From contig JBAXPK010000007.1 of assembly GCA_037132275.1 (NCBI GenBank), forward strand, positions 518-64,517: a stretch of 64,000 bases of DNA, read 5' to 3'. Below the pieces are notes generated by a model that was not told where the DNA came from, ran no database searches, and saw nothing but the letters and a program-made list of their open reading frames with translations. The stretch is from a bacterium (GTDB lineage Bacteria; Verrucomicrobiota; Kiritimatiellia; CAIKKV01; CAITUY01). The translations under genes and the position numbers were made by a program. Below are positions 56,212 through 64,000 of the stretch, one piece after another; position 1 is the first letter of the stretch; each line of letters begins with the position of its first letter.

Positions 56212-57236
56212 CCCAATACTCCTTTGGGTAGTTGCATGGTCACACAGTGCAGTGATCCATGCTGGAGAATGAGAGCTGAACAGTCAATGCCGATAATCTT
56301 TCGGCCCGGGAAGGCCTTCCCGATAATATCGAGAGCATGATGGTCCTGCGGATCCGTATAAACCGGGACCAGAACAGCCCCGTTCAAAACCAGGAAGTTG
56401 GCATAGGAGACCGGCAACCGATGCCCCTCTTCGTCGTGCCGGGCTGACGGCCAGGGGAGTGGAAGCAGCCGATAGGGAGTGCCTGCCGGGGTTTTCAGCG
56501 CCCCCAGTTCGTTGGCCATGGCGGACAGTTCAGCGAAATGCTCGTCGGAGGGGTCGTCGCAAGCTTGGTAGATAAGGGTGTCATGTGGGGCGAAGCGGGC
56601 CAGCATATCCACATGCCCATCCGTATCATCCCCTGCCAGATAGCCGTGCTCCAACCACAGGACGCGCGATACTCCGAGATATCGTTTAAGGGTCTCTTCG
56701 GTTTCTGCCCGGTTCAGGTGTGCGTTCCGGTTCGGGTTGGCGTTGCAGGAGGTGGTCGTCAGGAGGGTGCCGTGTCCATCGCTCTCGATGCTGCCGCCTT
56801 CGAGGACGAAATGAATAGGCCGGAGATGGGTTCCGCTAAAGACCCCGTGTTCCTTAAGTTCCTTTGAAATAACGTTGTCGAAATTGGCGTGAAACTTGCC
56901 GCCCCATCCATTGAACAGAAAGTCCAGAAGCACAGGCCGGTCGTTTTCGATGATGGTGATGGGCCCGAAATCGCGTGCCCAGGTATCGTTGGAGGGGATT
57001 GGGAAACAATGGACCCGCTCGGAAAGCGCGGCGGTATGCCGGAGGACGGTATGGACTTCATCAGGGGTGGTGGTGACGACGATAACCTGTCCATGATGGG
57101 AAGCTTCCGCAATGATCCGCGCAAAAGTCTCCCGGGCCTGGTTGATATACGGTTTCCAGTCCGTTCCCTCATGGGGCCAGGCCAGCAAGACACCATCCTG
57201 CTCCTCCCATTCCGCAGGGTATCGAGGGGTATTCAT
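56208..57236 (-). CDS. aguA: Agmatine deiminase
   Basis: PAEWEEQDGVLLAWPH...NDTWARDFGP...VLEGGSIESDGHGTLLTTTSC, the agmatine deiminase family. ATGA overlap with aguB. Confidence 0.8.
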   Translation of the reverse strand: MNTPRYPAEWEEQDGVLLAWPHEGTDWKPYINQARETFARIIAEASHHGQVIVVTTTPDEVHTVLRHTAALSERVHCFPIPSNDTWARDFGPITIIENDRPVLLDFLFNGWGGKFHANFDNVISKELKEHGVFSGTHLRPIHFVLEGGSIESDGHGTLLTTTSCNANPNRNAHLNRAETEETLKRYLGVSRVLWLEHGYLAGDDTDGHVDMLARFAPHDTLIYQACDDPSDEHFAELSAMANELGALKTPAGTPYRLLPLPWPSARHDEEGHRLPVSYANFLVLNGAVLVPVYTDPQDHHALDIIGKAFPGRKIIGIDCSALILQHGSLHCVTMQLPKGVLG

Positions 57237-57247
57237 AAGTTATGAAA

Positions 57248-57943
57248 TTATTTCCCCTGCCCGTAATAGGCAGCGGCCCCATGCTTCCTCAAGTAATGCT
57301 TGTCCAGCAACACTCTTGGCACGGACCTTGTCGCTGGAGCAATCTGAAGGGTCTCGGACGCCAGCTTGCAGAGGAACTCCAGCACCACCGCATTTTCAAC
57401 CGCCGTTGCCGCTGACTTTCCCCAAGTGAAGGGGCCATGGCTGGCCACCAGGACGCCGGGGAAAGCCTGGGAATCAAGGTTCGTGAACCGTTCGACAATC
57501 ACCCGGCCGGTATTCACCTCATAGTCGCCGGAGATTTCCTTTCCCGTCAACAGCCGGGTACAGGGGACCGTTCCGTGATAGTAATCGGCATGCGTGGTAC
57601 CGAGGGCCGGGAGTTCGCGTCGTGCCTGAGCCCAGGCCGTGGCAAACAAGCTGTGCGTATGTACCACTCCGCCAACGTTCGGGAACGCACGATACAACTC
57701 CAGATGGGTTGGCGTATCGGAACTGGGCTTCAAATCCCCTTCCACCACCTCGCCGGTCTTGAGCGAAACCACCACCATGTGCCGGGGCTTCATCCTGGCA
57801 TAAGTTACGCCCGACGGCTTGATGACGATCAGGCCCTGTTGGCGGTCAATCCCGCTGACATTCCCCCATGTCTGCACCACGAGTCCTTCGGCCACCAGCC
57901 GCACATTCGCGGCGCACACGTCCTTTTTAAGTGCTTCCAGCAT
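57248..57943 (-). CDS. araD: L-ribulose-5-phosphate 4-epimerase
   Basis: Colinear with E. coli AraD over the full length (TWGNVSGIDRQQGLIVIKPSGV, VVEGDLKPSSDTPTH, HTHS, LLDKHYLRKHGAAAYYGQ). Confidence 0.85.
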   Translation of the reverse strand: MLEALKKDVCAANVRLVAEGLVVQTWGNVSGIDRQQGLIVIKPSGVTYARMKPRHMVVVSLKTGEVVEGDLKPSSDTPTHLELYRAFPNVGGVVHTHSLFATAWAQARRELPALGTTHADYYHGTVPCTRLLTGKEISGDYEVNTGRVIVERFTNLDSQAFPGVLVASHGPFTWGKSAATAVENAVVLEFLCKLASETLQIAPATRSVPRVLLDKHYLRKHGAAAYYGQGK

Positions 57944-57965
57944 CGATCACCCTCTTCCTATATAA

Positions 57966-59498
57966 TCAGCGCCCGACGCCTTGGAGAAGATGATAGGCGA
58001 TGTCATTCCAGCGGAGCTCATTCTTGAGCGTCGCAAGCGTGGTGCCTTCGCCGATCCGGATCATCTCAATTCCGGTGATGGAGGCGAAATTTTCGAGGTG
58101 TTCAACCGTCACGGCGCTGCTGAATGCGGAGTGGTGCGCGCCACCGGCATAAATCCAGGCTGCGGCCGCCGTCTTGAAGTCCGGCAACGCTTCCCAGGTG
58201 GCGCAGGCCACCGGCAACTTGGGCAGGGGATGGGGTGGTTTGACCACGTTCAGTTCGTTGACAATCAGGCGGAAGCGGTTGCCCATATCCACCAGGGTCG
58301 CATTCAGTGCCGGACCTGGTTTGGCGGTGAACACCAAGCGGGCCGGGTCTTCCTTGCCTCCAATACCCAGCGGATGGATTTGTAGCGAAGGTTTGGCGGC
58401 AGCGATGGACGGGCAGACTTCCAGCATGTGGGCCCCCAGCACCAGTGGCCGCTTCGGGTCAAGATGATAGGTATAATCCTCCATCCAACTCGTACCGCCT
58501 TTGAGGTCGGCCGCCATGGCCTTCATACCGCGTAGCAGGGCGCAGGTTTTCCAGTCGCCCTCGGCGCCGAATCCGTATCCTTCGGCCATCAGGCTCTGGA
58601 CCGCCAAGCCTGGGAGTTGCTTCAGGCCGTGGAGATCCTCGAAGGTGGTCGTGAAGCCTTTGAATCCGCCCTTTTCCAGAAAGGTTCGCAACCCGACCTC
58701 AATCCGGGCGGCATCCTCAAGGCGGCTACGCTTGGCCCCGCCCTTACGCAAGGCCGGTGCCACCGAGTAGGCGCCGTCATAGGCGGCGCACTGGGCCGCG
58801 ACCGCTTTGGAGTCCACGGCATTGATGATCGCGACCAGCTCACTCACGGGATGGGTGTTCACGGAGTAGCCCAGACGGATTTCGGCGGCGACTTTGTCGC
58901 CCTCGGTGACGGCTACCTGTCGCATATTGTCACCGAAACGCACAAACTTGGCGCCCTGAAGATCGTTCCACCCGCGTACGGCGCGTTCCCAGGCCGCAAT
59001 GCGATCCTGAACCTCCCGGTCCTGCCAGTGCCCGACCACAACCTTACGCTCCAGGCGCAGGCGGGCATGGATGAAGCCGTGCTCCCGGTCGCCGTGGGCC
59101 GACTGGTTCAGGTTCATGAAATCCATGTCAATGGACGACCATGGCAGATCGCGGTTGAACTGCGTGTGCAGGTGAAGCATCGGCTTGTGGAAGCCCGTGA
59201 GCCCCGCGATCCACATCTTCGAGGGGGAGAACGTGTGCATCCAAAGGATGATGCCGCCGCACGACGGATCATGATTGGCCTCCGCCAGCGTGTTTCGGAT
59301 TTCATCGGGTGTCTTGACCACGGGCTTGAAGACCATCTTCAGCGGAAGTCGGCCAGAGGAGTTGAACCCGTCCACGATCTTGCCCGAATTTTCTGTCACC
59401 TGGGCCAGTGTTTTGGGTCCATAAAGATGCTGGCTTCCGGTAATGAACCACACAGTCAGATTGTCAGCGATATTTTTCATAGGCATCATTCGATCCAT
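57966..59498 (-). CDS. araA: L-arabinose isomerase
   Basis: [12 protein letters not shown] at the N-terminus. About 500 aa. Metal-binding E/H context typical of AraA. Confidence 0.85.
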   Translation of the reverse strand: MDRMMPMKNIADNLTVWFITGSQHLYGPKTLAQVTENSGKIVDGFNSSGRLPLKMVFKPVVKTPDEIRNTLAEANHDPSCGGIILWMHTFSPSKMWIAGLTGFHKPMLHLHTQFNRDLPWSSIDMDFMNLNQSAHGDREHGFIHARLRLERKVVVGHWQDREVQDRIAAWERAVRGWNDLQGAKFVRFGDNMRQVAVTEGDKVAAEIRLGYSVNTHPVSELVAIINAVDSKAVAAQCAAYDGAYSVAPALRKGGAKRSRLEDAARIEVGLRTFLEKGGFKGFTTTFEDLHGLKQLPGLAVQSLMAEGYGFGAEGDWKTCALLRGMKAMAADLKGGTSWMEDYTYHLDPKRPLVLGAHMLEVCPSIAAAKPSLQIHPLGIGGKEDPARLVFTAKPGPALNATLVDMGNRFRLIVNELNVVKPPHPLPKLPVACATWEALPDFKTAAAAWIYAGGAHHSAFSSAVTVEHLENFASITGIEMIRIGEGTTLATLKNELRWNDIAYHLLQGVGR

Positions 59499-59663
59499 TT
59501 ATCTCATCGATGATCGTCATCATCACTTCATTAGTCTCATTCCGCCCCGTCATCGGGAGCCCACTCCCGTTGTGTCTGGGCGTGATCGTTTAAGGCACTA
59601 TAACAATTTTTTTTAGCGGCACCAGCGAAACTTCCGCGCCGGTTTCCGGGCCTCGAAATAAGA

Positions 59664-59688
59664 AAACCGCGGTTCAGAGAACCGCGGT
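59664..59688 (-). promoter_or_regulatory. Hairpin with U-tract in the araA upstream/leader region (candidate attenuator or palindromic operator)
   Basis: AACCGCGGTTC-AGA-GAACCGCGGTT, an 11-bp perfect stem built from the self-palindromic decamer AACCGCGGTT in duplicate. On the minus strand it is followed by TTTTCTTATTT. It lies about 165 nt upstream of the araA start. Confidence 0.4.
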
Positions 59689-60185
59689 TAACATGGCGAG
59701 CATATGCCTGCTGCCGGGCGCCCCAGTCGGCCAGTAGACCCGGAACTTTATAGCGCTTGTGGCGCTGTTCCAATATGTCACCAACCTCAGGTCTCCTATA
59801 TAAAAAAGCATAGATTATGCCAGTGGATAACGGTGGTCCACTTTTAACGATACCTTTGCATGAAAGGCTGATAATCCGGAAAAAAATAAAAAAAAGGGCG
59901 CAAAATAGTCTTGTCGCTGTCTCTTGGGAAGGGAGGGAATCTCAGTGTTGAGACAGTCCCGTGCGACATTGCGAATGGACAAACCCTGAGGTTTCGGCCA
60001 TCTTTTAAGGCATGGGACTATATGACAGAGATTATATGAAGGAGACCCATTCCGGGGATCATGAGGAGAGTTCCGGGCCAGGGCTGATGAAATCGCGGTG
60101 GCCGCGTTGGGTTATGATCGCACTCATCTTGTTGATGGCCGGGATTATGGCCATGCATGCAATAAAATAGAGGAGGAGACCCTTT

Positions 60186-60710
60186 ATGAAATGGCTAATA
60201 TTTACGGTTCTTGCGGTGGTCGTGGCTTCAGTGGTTCGGGCTCAATCCGGCACGGGGGTGGTTGTGGGCGCTCAGGCGCCTGAATTTATGGCGCTCGATA
60301 GCGATGGTCGCACCAATAAACTCTCGGATTATCGGGGGAAATGGGTTGTGCTGTATTTTTATCCCAAGGCCTTCACCCCGGGGTGCACAACGGAGTCATG
60401 CAGTCTTCGCGACGGGCATGCCAGTCTGGACGAGCTAAAGGCGGTCATCATCGGGGTCAGTTTGGATACCGTTGAGAAGCAGGCCAAATTCAAGAAGGAA
60501 TATAATCTGCCGTTCATCTTATTGAGCGATTCCGACAAAGCCATCTCCAGGGCCTATGACAATCTTGCCTTGGGCAGCCTTTTTGCCAAGCGCCGCACCT
60601 TCATCATCAGTCCCGACGGGAAAATTGCCCACATCATCGAATCGGTCAAACCCGGTTCCCACGACAAGCAGGTGGCGGATGTGCTGAAGGATCTGCAGCG
60701 GAAAATATAG
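60186..60710 (+). CDS. Periplasmic Bcp/AhpC-TSA-family peroxiredoxin
   Basis: RBS GAGGAGG. Signal peptide MKWLIFTVLAVVVASVVRAQ. Catalytic motif VVLYFYPKAFTPGCTTESC. Confidence 0.8.
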   Translation: MKWLIFTVLAVVVASVVRAQSGTGVVVGAQAPEFMALDSDGRTNKLSDYRGKWVVLYFYPKAFTPGCTTESCSLRDGHASLDELKAVIIGVSLDTVEKQAKFKKEYNLPFILLSDSDKAISRAYDNLALGSLFAKRRTFIISPDGKIAHIIESVKPGSHDKQVADVLKDLQRKI

Positions 60711-60728
60711 AGACGAGGATAAGACCGC

Positions 60729-61562
60729 ATGACGACCGATTCTCTTCCCATCCGTTCCTGCGGGGAGTGTTGTACCCGGTTGGTTGATTTTGGGGTGATG
60801 CTTCAAGGCCGACCGGTGCTGGAGCATATTAATCTCCACATGCATTGCGGGGAACTGACCTCCCTGATCGGGCCGAACGGGGCCGGGAAGACCTCCCTTC
60901 TGCGGGCCATGGTCGGGGAACTTTCGCACACGGGCACACTTCGTTTCATCCATCACGGGAACATTGAGACGACAAAGCCTTTACGGATCGGGTATGTGCC
61001 CCAGAAACTGGAACTGGATCGGACATCGCCAACCACCGTCCTCGACCTGTTTGCCGGGGCGTTAAGCCGCTGGCCGCTTTGGGTGGGAACCCGGAAAGCG
61101 GTACGTGTGGAGGCCCTGTCGAAACTGGAGTTGGTCGGAGGGGAATCGCTCCTCGACCGGCGGCTCTCGGAGATTTCGGTGGGGCAACTCCAGCGGGTTT
61201 TGCTGGCGTTGGCGCTGGCGCCTATTCCGGAACTGCTTTTGCTTGATGAGCCCGTGGCGGCGCTTGACCAGGGCGGCATGGAGCGGTTCTATCAAACCGT
61301 GTCCCGGATGAGGACGGAATATGACCTCTCTATTCTTCTGGTCTCTCATGATCTGACCTCCGCCGCGCAATTTGCGGACCGGATGATCCTGTTAAATCGC
61401 ACGATCCTGTGTGACGGGGCTCCCCGCGAGGTGTTGTTGAGCCCGCTGATCCGCCAGGCGTTCGGATTTGGTTTTACCGCACAGGAGATTGCGGGACGCC
61501 GACCGGCGTTAAAGGATCTGGAGCACGAACAATGCGCTCTCCCGATGGAGGGGATCCCGTGA
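60729..61562 (+). CDS. Metal (Zn/Mn-type) ABC transporter ATP-binding protein
   Basis: Walker A LIGPNGAGKTSLLRAM. Signature LSGGQLQRVLLALAL-like (ISVGQLQRVLLALAL). Walker B LLLLDEP. ZnuC/TroB-like length. Confidence 0.7.
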   Translation: MTTDSLPIRSCGECCTRLVDFGVMLQGRPVLEHINLHMHCGELTSLIGPNGAGKTSLLRAMVGELSHTGTLRFIHHGNIETTKPLRIGYVPQKLELDRTSPTTVLDLFAGALSRWPLWVGTRKAVRVEALSKLELVGGESLLDRRLSEISVGQLQRVLLALALAPIPELLLLDEPVAALDQGGMERFYQTVSRMRTEYDLSILLVSHDLTSAAQFADRMILLNRTILCDGAPREVLLSPLIRQAFGFGFTAQEIAGRRPALKDLEHEQCALPMEGIP

Positions 61563-61582
61563 CACTGTGGCAGACCCTCTTG

Positions 61583-62389
61583 ATGAACCTGCCCTTTGAA
61601 TGGGCCCATTATGATTTTATGGGCAATGCGCTTCTGGCGGTGCTTCTGGTGTCGCCGGTGCTGGCGGTGCTGGGATGCCTGGTGGTCAATAACCAGATGG
61701 CGTTCTTTTCGGAGGCCATGGGGCATTCCGCGTTGACAGGCCTCGCGCTGGGCGCGTTGCTGGGCCTGGCCGACCCGACCGTGACTATTGTGGGATTTGC
61801 GATGTTGCTGGCGCTGGCAATGTTCCTGATGCGGCGGTACAGCGCCGTGCCGCCGGATACCAGCATCGCCCTGGTCATGGCCTTTGTAGTGGCGTTGGGC
61901 GTGGTGCTGTTGTCCCGCGGAGGCGGGTTTGCCAGGTATTCCCGCTATTTGATTGGCGACATTTTGACCATAACGTCCCATGAATTGGGGTGGCTTGCGA
62001 TTTTATCAGGGCTGGTGGGGTGTATTTGGTTGTTTTTGTTCAATGCCTTTTTCTTTGTCAGCCTCAATCGTTCCCTGGCGGCGAGCCGCGGTCTGCCGGC
62101 GGCGTTGCTGGAGGCGGTTTTTTCCGTGCTGGTCGCCGTGGTGGTGGCGGTGAGCATCCCATGGGTAGGCTTGCTGGTGATCAATTCCATGCTGATCCTT
62201 CCGGCGGCTACCGCGCGGAACCTGGCTCGGAATACCCGTTGGTACATGCTGGGAGCGGTGCTGGTCAGTCTTTTTTCCGGCGTGCTCGGCCTCGTCTGTT
62301 CCTACTATTGGAACACCGCCACCGGTGCCACCATCGTTCTTTGGGCCTGCGGCTTCTTTGCCGCTTCATTGGTATTGAGAAGGAGGTAG
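61583..62389 (+). CDS. Metal ABC transporter permease (ZnuB/TroCD family)
   Basis: MNLPFEWAHYDFMGNALLAVLLVSPVLAVLGCLVVNNQMAFFSEAMGHSALTG matches the ABC-3 family N-terminus. The start at 61583 was chosen to avoid overlap. Confidence 0.7.
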   Translation: MNLPFEWAHYDFMGNALLAVLLVSPVLAVLGCLVVNNQMAFFSEAMGHSALTGLALGALLGLADPTVTIVGFAMLLALAMFLMRRYSAVPPDTSIALVMAFVVALGVVLLSRGGGFARYSRYLIGDILTITSHELGWLAILSGLVGCIWLFLFNAFFFVSLNRSLAASRGLPAALLEAVFSVLVAVVVAVSIPWVGLLVINSMLILPAATARNLARNTRWYMLGAVLVSLFSGVLGLVCSYYWNTATGATIVLWACGFFAASLVLRRR

Positions 62390-62440
62390 GGCAGGCGCGC
62401 CGCCGCCCGCCCTACCGGGGCTTGACGCGGAGCGGGTCAA

Positions 62441-63199
62441 TTGCCAGTATCCATGTCTATGACAGAACCGCATGAAATCCTGGATATCCAGCAGCAGTTG
62501 GTGAACAGCGACGTGTCGCCGATGCGGAAATATCTCGCTTTGGTGATCGGGCGGGGGAGTTGGCTGACCTTGATGAAGTATGAACTCATCATCCTGCTCT
62601 GTTCCCTGACGCCGGGGGCCTTGGGTCTGGTGATGCGCAAAGCGCTCTATCCGCTGTTGCTCAAGAAGTGCGGACGGAATGTCGTCTTTGGCGCCAATAT
62701 CGTGCTGCGTCACCCGAAAAAGATCGTCATCGGCGATAACGTGGTGGTCGACGATAACTGCCTGCTCGATGCCAAGGGCGATTCCAATGCCGGCATTACC
62801 ATTGGTTCAGGTGTGTTTATCGGACGGAACACAATTCTCCACTGCAAGAACGGCGACATCATCATCGGCGACGATGTGAATATTGGTTTTAACTGCGATA
62901 TTGCCTCCTCCCACCGGGTGGAAATCGGGCGCAAGGTTCTGATTGCCGCCTACAGCTATATCGTTGGCGGCGGGCATGACTTCTCCAAATCGGATGCCTC
63001 GGTCATGGATCAGAAACGTATTGCCCGCGGGATTACCATTGGCTCCGAGGCTTGGATCGGGGCGGGTGTTATTGTTCAGGACGGCTGCACCATCGGGGAA
63101 GGAACCATCGTCGGCGCCGGCGCCGTGGTGGCGGATAATCTTCCCGCCAAAGTCGTTGCCGTCGGGCTGCCCGCCAGAGTTCTCCGCGCCCGTGATTAA
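62441..63199 (+). CDS. Hexapeptide-repeat (left-handed beta-helix) acetyl/acyltransferase
   Basis: IGDNVVVDDNCLLDAKGDSNAGITIGSGVFIGRNTILHCKNGDIIIGDDVNIGFNCDIAS hexapeptide repeats, with an N-terminal hydrophobic segment. Confidence 0.7.
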   Translation: MPVSMSMTEPHEILDIQQQLVNSDVSPMRKYLALVIGRGSWLTLMKYELIILLCSLTPGALGLVMRKALYPLLLKKCGRNVVFGANIVLRHPKKIVIGDNVVVDDNCLLDAKGDSNAGITIGSGVFIGRNTILHCKNGDIIIGDDVNIGFNCDIASSHRVEIGRKVLIAAYSYIVGGGHDFSKSDASVMDQKRIARGITIGSEAWIGAGVIVQDGCTIGEGTIVGAGAVVADNLPAKVVAVGLPARVLRARD

Positions 63200-63684
63200 C
63201 CGCGTCGATAAAGCGTGACAATAGTCTCGGCGACTTGGAGCGCCGAGTGTGTTGCGGTATCGACCTGATGAGGAAGCGAGGCGTACAGGCCCTTGCGTTT
63301 TGCCAGCAAATCCAAAATGCGCTGCATGCGGTTCTGTTCTTCCAACAGGGGGCGGTTGCGATCCTTCGCGGTACGCTCAAAGATGACCTCGGGTGTGGCG
63401 GTCAGGCACACGACCAAGCCGGTCCGGCTATAGTCGCGAATGTTGTCAGGATTGAGTACCACTCCACCGCCACAGGCGATGACCAGGCCTTTCTCTTGCG
63501 AAAGTTCCTGAGCCAAAGCCCGCTCCAGCGTCCGGAAATGCGGTTCGCCCTCCTCGGCAAAAATACGGGAGATGGGCTTGCCGGCCCGCTCCTCAAGAAT
63601 CGTGTCCATGTCGACAAATTTCATCCCGAGTCGACTGGCCAGTAACTTTCCCACCGTGCTTTTGCCGGAGCCCATGAATCCCAT
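63196..63684 (-). CDS. aroK: Shikimate kinase; the frame stays open upstream of the first ATG
   Basis: GFMGSGKSTVGKLLA Walker A, DMDTILEER, and RALAQEL...VIACGGGVVL. The conserved beta-1 strand NIVLMG is encoded upstream of the first ATG, with no stop before the window edge. Confidence 0.75.
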   Translation of the reverse strand: MGFMGSGKSTVGKLLASRLGMKFVDMDTILEERAGKPISRIFAEEGEPHFRTLERALAQELSQEKGLVIACGGGVVLNPDNIRDYSRTGLVVCLTATPEVIFERTAKDRNRPLLEEQNRMQRILDLLAKRKGLYASLPHQVDTATHSALQVAETIVTLYRRG

Positions 63685-64000
63685 GAGAACGATGTTGGGC
63701 GTGCAGTCCCCTGCCGCCTTGTGCGGCAGGAACGGACGATTGGCAGCAAACGTGTGTGCGTGCTGCCAATCACGTTCACCCGCGACACAAGGTCGCGAGG
63801 GTCTATCGAAAATGAGCCGACCGGCGCAGAACGTTTTTTCGGCACGGCCGGTGAGCCGCCGGCCGTCGAAGGGCGTGTTGCGTGATTTGGAGGCGAATTC
63901 CTCGGCCCGGACGATCCACTCGCTGTCGAGATCCAGCAGGATCAGGTCGGCGGGAGCACCAGGGGCGAGTGTCGGGGCGGGCCGTCCCAGAACGCTCGCC
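63685..64000 (-). CDS. Dihydroorotase-like (cyclic amidohydrolase) C-terminal region, 5'-truncated and in frame with aroK
   Basis: Minus-strand translation ...ADLILLDLDSEWIVRAEEFASKSRNTPFDGRRLTGRAEKTFCAGRLIFD matches the dihydroorotase C-terminal consensus (SKS.NTPF.G..L.G.V). A 35-aa linker follows, then NIVLMGFMGSGKS with no stop codon. Confidence 0.45.

Noticed and set aside
59537-59773. 78-aa minus-strand ORF in the araA upstream intergenic region
   Set aside because: It spans the hairpin and AT-rich promoter region and has no RBS or protein-like composition.
60098-60283. 61-aa plus-strand ORF overlapping the peroxiredoxin start
   Set aside because: Gly/Arg-rich, out of frame with the RBS-supported peroxiredoxin ORF, and no start signal. 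The 44-codon ORF at 60036 in a different frame is the more credible small gene.
1-64000. Mobile elements, CRISPR arrays, rRNA or tRNA genes
   Set aside because: No transposase or integrase-like ORFs, no regularly spaced direct repeats with unique spacers, and no tRNA-like cloverleaf candidates or rRNA-like regions were found on visual scan. The only repeats seen are the short regulatory-type motifs reported above.

Overview
This is a high-GC (roughly 60%) bacterial chromosomal window dominated by cell-envelope, polysaccharide and sulfation genes. The TtpC-type TonB cluster, the sulfotransferases and the large exopolysaccharide (EPS) locus suggest the Planctomycetes-Verrucomicrobia-Chlamydiae (PVC) superphylum, at low confidence. 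No rRNA, tRNA, CRISPR or mobile-element genes were seen. Layout: (1) a 5'-truncated secreted beta-helix/Big-domain protein. (2) A roughly 10 kb co-directional, tightly packed operon (2056..12590): arylsulfotransferase-like protein, two small membrane proteins, a PAPS-dependent sulfotransferase, a complete PstSCAB-type ABC transporter, the PAPS-synthesis genes cysC, cysD and a NodQ-like cysN/cysC fusion, and a GtrA-like protein. (3) A zinc-ribbon mini-ORF and a CBM48-like mini-protein, each preceded by the same bipartite DNA motif. (4) A translationally coupled three-gene operon (14408..18923) encoding an 800-aa protein of unknown function, a phosphatidylserine decarboxylase homolog and a divergent Lgt-family membrane protein. 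This operon is the best candidate in the window for an undescribed lipid or lipoprotein modification system. (5) An orphan OmpR/PhoB-type response regulator surrounded by three copies of a GACTAAT-containing palindromic/direct-repeat motif, flanked by secreted-protein genes. (6) A TonB-dependent receptor with a Vibrio TonB2/Ttp-like energizer cluster containing two ExbB paralogs. (7) A roughly 19 kb convergent EPS locus (Wza, Wzc, deacetylase, Wzy-like protein, glycosyltransferases, flippase, priming phosphotransferase, methyltransferases, a GH-A-like hydrolase and an embedded CBS-hybrid histidine kinase). (8) Housekeeping genes: PhoU-like, ThuA-like, aguBA, araDA, a periplasmic peroxiredoxin, a metal ABC importer, a hexapeptide acetyltransferase, and aroK reading in frame from a dihydroorotase-like C-terminus at the window edge. 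All calls are from reading the translations and the DNA by eye; no database searches were run.
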